Source: Lepidodermella squamata
Lineage: Eukaryota > Animalia > Gastrotricha
Direction: 5' to 3'
Assembly (NCBI GenBank): GCA_047495785.1
Contig: JBLDXI010000014.1
Span: 62,001-126,000 of the forward strand
DNA: 64,000 bases
In this document: piece by piece, positions 12,075-22,600 of the stretch
How positions within the stretch are numbered: the first letter of the stretch is position 1
How the letters are laid out: each line of letters begins with the position of its first letter
Program-made: the position numbers and the translations under genes
Notes under the pieces: model-generated
Told to the model about the DNA's origin: nothing
Database searches by the model: none
The model's input: the letters and a program-made list of their open reading frames with translations, nothing else

Positions 12075-14371
12075 CTAATTAGTTGTGGCGAGGCAATCTG
12101 ACGACACTTCGGAGTTTTCGATTTTCAGTCCGTCGACACTGCTAACGCAGCCGCCCTCGATAGCATCGACAGCTGCTTCGATAGTGATAGGCGATGAACA
12201 CGAATCCAGCCTGCCGTCAGTAGAATTCTGTCTCTCCATCCACAAGGATAGAATAGGGGAGTTTGAATTCTCGCTCTTGGCACTGTTCGCACGCGGCTGG
12301 TCAGAGCCAGACACTGATCGACCGAGGTCCTGCAAAAAAAAACAAATCAGTGCATTCAGACAAATCTCATCAAAGCAAACGATCGATAGCGAAGCATGAA
12401 ATTAACCCTAACCCTAATTTTCAAGCTCAAAGTCGCTTATGTAGCATAGGTTACTAAAGCCAAAAGCAAGTATGTACACTTAGTCGCGATGGGATGCTGT
12501 TGTTTTCTGACAACTTTGAAAATAGCGGGGACTCGGATGGAACCGACAGGGCCACACTGGACGCCGAGGTAGAGCTTGCATGCCGGCCAAAAACTTGCAT
12601 GCGCAAACTTACGCCGTGATTCGGGTGCGAATTTCTCGGCAGAACGCCGGCAGACGTCGGCGGGCGAGGCACACGGCTCGTATTGAAAAACAAATCGTGG
12701 ATGCACCAGCTGATATTTTCAAGCAATTGCGCACCGGAGGACGACTGCTTCCGTTGAGTCAAAGTGTAGCGCATTTGCGAGGTCACTCTTGCCAGAAGAA
12801 ATATTGCATAGCGAAACTTTTGATAGCTCGACCGATCCTGGAAGAAATTGATTATTGAGGTAAGCTTTTTTTCTGGACTAGGAAACTAACCGTAAAATAA
12901 AGAGGGAAAGTCCGATCAGAATCGTTGGCTAACTGAGTGAGAATATGGTCGAATATTGCCGAATGCGAGCCACGAAATACGATTTTGTAACGAGGAGGAA
13001 TGCTGAACAGCCAATGAATGAAGAGTAGATAGTGCGCTGCGTATCCAATCGCAACCGAAAGACTCGAATAAGACACTGAAATATTATTTGGCACATTGTT
13101 TGCATTGGCAGGTGCCGATATTGAAACTGCCCCAGTAGGGTTGGCGCCAGATTTCGGCAGCAAAATCGCATCGGGAAACGGAACGCTGGCGATCGAACAA
13201 AGACCATCCTGCCGCCGGATCGGGTAAATTTCGTACAAATCATTGATCATCTGCCCTCGCCGCCATAGCACCAATTTCCGTTTGCGATTCAATGCATCGG
13301 CCAGAGAGGCGTAGTTGCCCTCCATATTTTCACGCCAAGCGACCAAATCCTCGAATTCTTCGTGAACTTTATCCGACTCCTCTAACATCACGGCGGTTTT
13401 CTGCTGAAGGTGAGCCAGTTTCGAGCGTTTCAAATTGCATGACTGCTCTAGTTTCTGACACCGCCGTGTCATCTGCTCAACTTCATTTCGCAGCTTCTCG
13501 CGAGCTTGCTCGGCCGAAACGATCGCAATGCGATCCGTCAGTTTGTTCTCGATTTCTACTTGTCGATCAACTGCGAGTTCGAAAGACTGGCGCAATGCTT
13601 TTGAAACCATGCAAATACGGACGATTGCTGATAAGGTGTAAGACTTCTTGGGATCGCGACAGCTCAGCAAGTTTGATAATTGCATCGCTGAAGATTCTAC
13701 TTTCCCACAAAATTAAGGCAACAATAATAAGGCATCATTAGACATTACCTTCGACTTGTTTCAAGGTTTCGTTCTTCGATTCACTCCCAGAATCGCTCGG
13801 ACTTTTTTCGATGGGTTTTCGATATGATGGTTTAGAAGTCGACGGCAAGATGAAGGCAAAACTGCCATGGACTAGGTTTACCACCAATGTGTTGGGAGCA
13901 TATTTAACCCCATATGTAACATAAGCCGCTGCATTAAATGGTATGAGATCGACCTGAGCAAAAGTTTGATTGTAATGAAATCTGAAACTCGATCAAAATG
14001 AATACCATATCAATGTTGTATTCGACTAGCAAAGCCGTAGTTTGGGATATTTGGTCAAATTTCCACACCTTGACACACATTTGTCGGCTTGACAATATTT
14101 GTTGCTCAGCATGTGCGGATTGATTCTGTGCTGAAGAAATCGCCTTGATGTTGAAGCCGCCCCAGCAAAGGTCTGCGCTGACTGCGAGGCGCTCGCTGGC
14201 GTATAACTGTGGTTGACTTGAGTTTTGGTGTAACGTAAAATGGATGAGTACATGGCCGCTCAATTGCGTGTTGACGAGCGAAAAATTACGAATTTCTAGC
14301 GAAAACAGGTGACGAATACGCCGCTGCAGCGGCAACCGTACAATTGTAGTCGCTGCTCTATCCGAATTCAT
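12075..14371 (-). CDS. UVRAG: UV radiation resistance-associated protein (Vps38), multi-exon
   Basis: N-terminal LPLQRRIRHL motif and C2-like region, a coiled coil, then RRGQMINDLYEIYPI...VAIGYAAH...RYKIVFRGSHSAI...FPLY, typical of the UVRAG/Vps38 BARA-like region. Confidence 0.9.
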
Positions 14372-14671
14372 GTTATTCAATAAATGCTAACAAGAGACAA
14401 ATAACCAATATAAATGATTCATTTAAATATAAACATCAGCGGAAGAAGGTAATTAGAAAATTGAGAAATAGAAATCTGCAAAACTCTAAAAAAACTATAA
14501 GGCACTGGTGTATTATCGCAGCAATAACTCGATTAAAAGGTAAGGATTTTAGGAAAAGAGATAAAATGCAGTCGATAAGACTGATTGCTGAAAGAGCTCT
14601 AGAAGCACAGGAAGCACGATTCGTTGATATAATATCAGTAAAGGCGTTAGCAAGTTGAGTTATCAGTAATT

Positions 14672-15994
14672 CTAACAACATTTCGACTTCTTTCCGCGCT
14701 TGCCCTTCGAGGATGACGGAACAATAACACTCATGACGCTTGATCTAGATGATTCGGACGATGGTAAACGCCGTATTACAGCCAACGTCAAATCAATGAA
14801 AGCTTTTTCGACATTTTCACCAGTCTTAAATACAATAAATTCTATCATCTGATGTTTGCGGAATGACTACTTACTCTGGCGCTAACTTCATTGAAAGGCA
14901 TGCCATATTGGGTCGCAAGCTGGAACGCAGCATTTTTGAAAACTTGCCGCTTATCCGGTATGTCAGACTTATTTCCGATCAGCTGGTTGAATTTTTATAT
15001 GGAAATTTATCAATAAGGATATGATTAATTTAGATTAACAACCATCATTTCCACGCCTTCGCCAGCATTCATCTGGACTTGACGAATCCAATTCGTGACG
15101 TTATCGAAAGAACTTCGCCGAGTAATATCGTAGACAAGAAAAATCGCTTGAACATTGCGATAGTAGGAAACGGTGATTGTGTTGAACCTTTCTTGCCCGG
15201 CGGTATCCCTGACGGAAATGAACAAACAATCTTATTGAGCTAAGTTACAATCGAAATGATTGCTTGATGATAGATAAGATAGCATGGCGATTAGCAACCC
15301 TCGAACTTTTCAAAAATCTTTTTCTGTAAAATGTTTCGCATTTATATATTTCTTGATTGTATCGATTGTTGCAGTTATAGCTCGCATTTTTAAGCTTCTA
15401 TTTATACCCATGTTCATTACGAAATTTCTTCTTCAGCTGCCCAACAGCGCAACCAGAAGGCATTGGAGAGAGAATTATTTCAACCGAAACCGAAACTATT
15501 ACCGATGTGGAGCAACGGGACCTACGCAAGAGCAAATTTCAATAATACGCTTCTTTTGAATTGAAATAAAGAATTGAACTTCCGTTTTAATATTATCTCT
15601 AACTTTTGGTCTTTTCTTGCACTCAAATATGTTTTTGCACCAAATAAAGAATTTTGCAATTTGTTCGTATCATTTGGCGTCAGTTAACGATAACATCCAA
15701 ATTCCACACAAAAATCAGATGGGGAAATATGTTTTGCTTCAAATTAGTTTACCATATTTGAAGGCTGACTTTTTTGCCACCTATATCCATCTTTTTAATT
15801 TTGAAGTCGACACCTGAGAGAAGAAAAAAAATACTCTGATATTCTAGCAGCGGGGAAGATTTCTCACCTATAGTTGCCACAAGATTAGGATCGAACGACC
15901 CATCACAAAATTGATTCAACAGGCAAGTTTTACCAACTCCAGAGTCGCCAATCACTAATATCTTAACCAAATGGTCATATGGTTTCTTTGTCAT
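14672..15994 (-). CDS. Rab GTPase of the Rab8/10/13 group (divergent)
   Basis: [23 protein letters not shown] (G1), TIGVDFKIK, LQIW|DTAGQERF (G3), GNKSD (G4), EVSAR (G5), C-terminal KSKCC prenylation signal. Stop at 14672-14674. Confidence 0.9.
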
Positions 15995-16270
15995 AGTAAA
16001 AGAACTAAAAGAAGGGAGGAGGCCGCCTAGAAAGACAACGTGAATGAAGGCAAATGGACTTTTAAGATCGGCGTTCGGCGGAATCCCTAAAACACAATTT
16101 TGGGAGCTCAATATCGGCGAGTTCAACAGTTCCCGTCCGAGCTTTATTTTGTCACGCATGGCGGCTAGCAAGACGACGTATTTACTGCAAAACGCAACAG
16201 AGGACAGTTGACAAAACGAAAGAACGGTCGAGGGTCGACGAGGCGGCTTCTGTTTCGAACCCCTTTTTGC

Positions 16271-17107
16271 CTGCCCTGCCCTCATACCTAGGGAACCTCA
16301 GGTTCCCTAGGAAGCAAATTATATCATTGGGCAGAATATGGCCCTATTGTCAGAGGTAATTTGCCAATCCTCAGACATCAGTTTATATGGCCAAATTAAA
16401 TGCCTTGATTAGGCGCTTAAAGAAAATCAAGATGTTTTTGACTATGCTATTGTCGGAACTGAGCAATCTTTCAGGATCATGACTAACTAAGGACGCACAT
16501 TCGTATGATAGATGATATGCTAGCAGTCTAAGAGGTGTATCATCGCCACAATACATGCACTTAACATTGGTGATTCTAAAAATAATGTGCTCTAGACGAC
16601 GGAAAGTAGTGTTAGTGATAATTTGAAAAGCAGTCGCACGTAAATCTGGCGGGTAGTTTTCGAAAATATTGCTAATACCGAAGTATCCTTTTTTAGCTAA
16701 TAGATATGTATTATCGTATTTAAGGTGAAACTTCACTGAAAGTTCTGTGGTGTAAACGTCTTTGACCAGCTTAAAAATCTGGTTCATGAAGGTTGGATCT
16801 CGTAATAGCCAAAAGTCAGGTGTTATATTGTAAGAAACAAGAAAATCTCGGGCTGCATGAATAGGGTTAAGAACACCCAATTTAGGACGAGAGTGGTAGT
16901 AGAAAGAAAAAGCATCCTGTACTAAAGGATTATCGCACCTGGTCAGCTCACACACAAATTTAACAGCATTAAGTTTCGCTTTTAGACTAGTAGGTATTAA
17001 TCCCATAGTGAAACCGGTCGACAGATTGGAAGCACAAAACGGGATATCACGTGCTCTCTTGAAATACTTGTAGCTCACGCTATCCAGCTTGGAGACCCTA
17101 GCTTGGA
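16271..17107 (-). mobile_element. 5'-truncated non-LTR retrotransposon (C-terminal ORF region with CCHC zinc motif) with 14-bp TSD
   Basis: GAACCCCTTTTTGC occurs at 16257-16270 and 17108-17121. ORF 16383-17078 contains CMYCGDD...YHLSYEC near its end. The 3' end has an 11-bp hairpin (16287-16311) and a short GGGCA-repeat tail. Confidence 0.85.
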
Positions 17108-17400
17108 GAACCCCTTTTTGCGTAAAACCGCCTCAGAACTTGAGAAAAAAGCGCGCAATTTTAAACGTAGTTGAAGCTATTTATTGCAAAATTCAGTTTT
17201 TTGCATAAATATTAAAGTTATGCAGGTTTTTAGCAAATTATTTTGCCTAGCGACGTAAAGCTTGGTAAGCAACGCTGATGCCTCAAGCCCTGTAAGATCA
17301 CCAGAGTTGGTGGCATAGGGTCTAGCATCCATCCATCCACATATTTTACCGTTGTCCGATCACATTTTTGCCTGTTGGTTGTCTCTGACGATTCTCAACT

Positions 17401-18540
17401 ATGAAGAAAACGTTGAGAATCAAAATCATTACCATGGGTAATGCTGAAGTTGGTAAAGTAAGTCCTGAAGAGTTGCGAAACAACTGTGACTTGATGATTT
17501 GCCTGTTCCATGTTACAGAGTTGCATGGTGAAACGGTACTGCGAAAAAAGATTTGTCAACAAGTATCAACAAACAATCGGTATCGATTATGGTGTAACCA
17601 GGTATTTTATTTGTACTATTGATTTTATATACCTTTGAGTGTTAATTTCATTTAGAGCTCGCGTGGCCGATCGGGATGTTAAAGTCAATATCTTCGACTT
17701 CGGTGGGCATAGCTGTTTTCTTGAGGTTACTGAAGAAAAAATGAAAGAATCACAACTTCAACCTAGCTGATTATTTTCTATAGGTTCGTAATGAATTCTA
17801 TAAGGATGCTCAAGGCAAGCCACTTTTTGATGTTGTCACTCACTTTTACTCATCGTTACTAGGCTGTCTGTTGGTTTATGACGTGTCCGACCAGAGCTCT
17901 TTCAGAGCCCTTGACTCATGGCTCATTGAGCTCAAGCGAGAATTTGGAGATTCCGAGGATCTATCAAGATTAATCTGCATAGTATGCGCCAACAAGGTAG
18001 ATTGGTGGAATGCTGTTTTATTATATACTCATATAAATAATATTTGATTATTATTCAGACGGACAGAAAGCGTGTTGTTAGCGAAACTGATGGAAGGCTT
18101 TGGGCTGATCAGAGGGGTTTCCGCTACTTTGAAACATCTGCCTTGTCTGGAACAGGTATCGACGATGTCTTTCAAACACTGTTCGATGGAGTTATCTCAG
18201 TGATCGAGGGTGTTCCTGTGAATCTGAATGACAATGGTAGCCACAAGTTGCCTTCGTTTTCGAAAGATCAGTTAGATGCTATCGATCGTGTAAGAGCTGC
18301 TAATGATAACTACGAACGACTTCAGATCAAAAAAGGTGAATTTACTTCTTATTATATAAGCCTGAGTACATGAACTTGTTTGCGGATAAAGGTGCATCTC
18401 GCGATGACATTAACCGAGCTTATCGACGACTTGCAGTATTGCTACATCCTGATAAAACTGGCGGCGCCCCGGGGTCTGAAGAGGCGTTCAAAATAATTGT
18501 AGCGGCTCGAGCTGATTTATTACGTACAGCAATAAACTGA
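17401..18540 (+). CDS. DNAJC27: DnaJ homolog subfamily C member 27 (RBJ, Rab-like GTPase fused to a J domain)
   Basis: RIKIITMGNAEVGK|SCMVKRYCEKRFV..TIGIDYGVT, NIFDFGGH, EVRNEFYKDAQG, YFETSA, and C-terminal J domain INRAYRRLAVLLHPDK...GSEEAFK. Confidence 0.96.
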
Positions 18541-19600
18541 TCACCTTTCACTAAATGCACCAGTATTAAGTATTAAGGCGAAATTCGCCAGGAAAAACGA
18601 CAATAAAATCGTCTTATGTACCAAACTTTTTATTTTCTGAATTTTTTGCCATGAGAGCACAAATCAGGAAGTATAAACATAGCGCCGTCGACGATGAGAC
18701 GGATCAATGACCGTAATATAATTTATAGCAATTATTGCACACAAAATGACATCATGAGGGGCAGAGAGGATGGAGTAGATGTCTACATATAATTTACTTT
18801 CTTCGGTAGCCAGCATTCCCTGGTGCACATACGTGTTTGAAAAATGTTAAACTCAGCTCAAACTATAACAAAAAGATGAAGCCAAGTTGGCTCAACCTCA
18901 ATCTCCAGGATGATTTCTTTAAAATTGATAAAACTAAATAACATTCTGAACAATCAAGCTTTGTTCAACAAGTTGCTGGTAAAAAGATGGAAAACGGAGA
19001 GGGCACTTCAGCATGCAGCTTTTTGTAGATGAGAAGGTTGCGGATTTAACCTATGTAAATAGTCAAGGCACAACACAGGCCAGAGATTCACCAAGCGTTG
19101 ATTTCAGATTTTCATCCAACATAAGCGATAGTTGTTTTATAATCATAAATTTATCCATAACTCATAAGTAATTATGTATATAATAGCGACCTTTCCGAGA
19201 GCGTCGTGTTCACTGCGAAGTGAATTAGCGACTTTGATTATAACGCGACAAGTTGGTCACGTCCGGATGACGAAGACAGTAACAAGAAGACCAATACTTC
19301 GTAAAAAAAATTCGCACGGCTACAAGTAATGGCAGTTATGAGAAGATTACAGCAGCTATACAAATTTTGCCAGTCGTTTTTGTAGATTAAATGCGAATAG
19401 CAGTCGAATCATTAGTATTCGACGGGACGATTCGCTAGCCAGGATTGAGTTTCAACAGCACGAGATTTCACGTGGTTAAAATTTTGCGAGAGAAATAACA
19501 TTATAATTCCAAGCAGCACAGATGCCATAGAGGATCGAGGAAAACAACAGAAACGGATAGCTAGTGATGATGTATCTGCTACACTATGACATAGTTCAGC

Positions 19601-22600
19601 TCACGCTTCGACACCTGACGCGCCGCGGCCATGCCATGCGGGCAGACCATGCCGAAGTTTTTGGCCGGTCTGGCGCAAAAACTCGTGCAATTCACTTTCG
19701 GTCTCGAAGATCTGGACATAGAACGGGCTGCCCCTCACATGCTCGCCGGCCCACTTGACGGTTATAACATAATCGCCGGGCTCAGTGGGGTCATAGCGGC
19801 ACACGATGGTCCGGTCGCGAGGATGTTCCCGCGACATTTCGACACGGAAGGCACCCTTCGGCCCACGCACCTTCACCGTCAGCTGCCCGGCCCCAGCGCC
19901 TTTAGTCTCGCAGATGAAGCGAGACTCGAATGCTGAAAGCACGCCGTGCTCAACGCCCGGCCCGTAAACGACAACCTTGCTGGCATCAGGCGGACCTACG
20001 ACGTTGACGACGAAAGGACTGCCGGGTACATGCTGGCCAGCGAATTTAATCGACAGGGTATGACGGCCGGGTTCTTGCGGACGAATGCCCAGCGTGAATG
20101 TGGCGTCTTGATGATCGAAGAGTTGACAGAAAGCGGGTTTTCCGGTAGGTCCGACACATGAAGCAGTGAGCTCGCCGGGACCGGCCTGGCGTACGTCGAT
20201 CGTCGCCGAGTTCTCTTTGCCCAGCTCGCCATACTGCAAGCCGTCGCCGAAGCAGTGAACGCGAGACGGATCGGAGCCGAGAACGGCCTGCATGCGGAAC
20301 GGCGAGCCGGTAATGGCACGGCCGTCCCATGTCACAATAAGCAGGTGAGCGCCAGCGTTGGCTGGTCGGAAGAAGCAGCGGTAGCGGTTGTTACCCAGCG
20401 GCTCGAGCTGCACCTCAACAAGCTCACCGAATGGGCCGGTGAGGCGAACTCCCGGCTTGCCGTTGCCACCGCGCGAGCCGTCGATCGTGAATACATTCTG
20501 CTCGTTGACTATTGCTTCGAGGAAGTCTCCAGACAGGACAACCTGCGACGGGTCCGGTTTCGGCTCGGGCCGCACTGCAACCATGGGGATGGGAGACTCA
20601 GGTAGAGGGACCTCGCCGTAATAGAGGTGAAGCAGGTAGTCACCCTCCGCCTCAGGTGTGAAGCTGAGTGAGTAAACACCATCAGAGACTTTCTGCAACA
20701 TAGCGGGTAATCGCAACCCGCCTGGACCCGTAACCTCTGCCTGAAGTTCGCCAGGTCCAGCCTGCGTGCAGTCGAAGTCAATCTGCTTGATCTGACGCAC
20801 CAGCAGGCCGATGCGCCCACGCAGGTCCAGAAGAGCCGGCCAACCGTCGACAGGCGTAACTTTACGCGGGTTGATGATAGCCGGGTGGAAAGGGCTTCCG
20901 TCGATGTTCTTGTCGTTCCACTTAACGTGAAGGTTGTAAATGCCGACCTCGACCGGCATGTACGTGACCGAGTAAACGCCATTCTCCGGCTGCGGCTCGA
21001 AGGTGCACTTCGCGATAGAATTGGGCCCGTCGACCTGCACAAATAAATCGCCACGCAAACCACGCGCATCGACCTCAAACGTCGCCGGCACGTCTTCCTC
21101 GCCACGGTACAGGCCGTCGCCATAAACGGCCGGCATAGCCGAGTCGAGAATGAGCTGCTCGACGGGGCAGCACGGCACCTCAAAAGCACCAAATGTCAGG
21201 TAGATGAGGTGCGCACCCGCCTCTTGCGGAGTGTACGTCACGTGCAGACCCTCCTGGTTCTGGCCGTTCGCTGCCAAGTCGAGCGTCGAGAACGGGACAT
21301 TCTGACCGGAAGGACTGACAATACGCACGCCAAGCTCGGCATGTCCAGCGTCAGTTGTAATCACTGATAAAAAAGGTAGCACAAATTATGAAATAAAAAT
21401 ATCATGAATCAAAATCAACTAACCGTCGAAGCCAGTTTCCAAATTGACCTCGCTGTCGCGCAGGTTGTCGATGACAACTCGGGCAGGATCGTAAACATCA
21501 ACGTAGAAAGGACTGCCGTTAATAGGGCGCCCAGCATACGTAACTTCAATGACGTGACGACCAACTTGTTTTGAGACATAGTCCACCTTGAAATCATTGC
21601 CAAACTGCGAAACCTTTGCTGGGATAGTATCGCCAGAAGGAGCTAGATAAAAGATAAGAAGAGTCATATACGATAAACTCAATCAATCAGCCGGAGAGTT
21701 ATTTTATTTCGCGCGCGATTTAGACAATTAAAATTTTCAGTCAAATCAGGGACAGCTATTTTCGTGAGCCGACAGGGCGGAGGTTCGGGAACGCAGGAGG
21801 CGGCGGAGCGGCGTAAAACGAGAACGAGCTGTGCGGGTTCGAGTCATTAATAACAGGAGTCAGGCCCTTAACTTTGCTTCCAAGATCTTTGTAAGAAACA
21901 TCCGAGCGATAAATGGCTGAGTTGCCATTGTTGACGACAGAAGCAACGAGAGGAACGTTAGCCGGGCTAACGCGAACGATAATGGGCGAGAAGAGGGCCG
22001 TGCGTCCGGCAAACAAGATATGCAGTGCGTAGTAGCCGGCCCATGGCGGAGTGAAGGCCAGTTGCGCGATGCCCTTGCTAAATCGGCGATCTTCCGCCAC
22101 ACCCGACAGCTCAGAAAGATGCGCCAGCGTAGCGCCGTAACTGCTTAGGGTGCTCTTTGAAAATTCTTCACACGGCGGAATCAAGATTGACGAGCTCAAG
22201 GCATACGGCGAAGCTTTCGCACTCTCTTGTAATTCGAGTTTCGATGGCATCGGAGCATTCTGTGGAATGGACGTCATCGAGTGAATCACGTGCATAGTTA
22301 ACTCGCCAGGCCCCGTTTCGCCAGCATTAACTAATTGAAACAAAAGCAACTTATAAGAAATTTGCTCAGGTTTTACAGCTGCGCAATCTTACATTTGAAG
22401 ACGATTTCCTTTCCAGCAGTTGGTTCACAACTTGGAACTTCAGCAAGAGTTAACGCTCGAGTGTCCACAACAGGCACGATGCGTGGCTCCAGGAGGGCGT
22501 CGAACGGCGACTGTGTGTTAGGCATGCGACGTTCGATGATTCGCACGTGATGGCAACCGACGCTAACTGGGCGGAAGAGAATACGCCAACGATTCGGTTT

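Noticed and set aside
12402-12416. TTAACCCTAACCCTA telomeric repeat
   Set aside because: Only about two units in a UVRAG intron; compatible with chance.
15995-16285. 97-aa N-terminal extension of the Rab ORF
   Set aside because: It starts inside the LINE tail and reads through an acceptor. The conserved Rab N-terminus begins at 15994.
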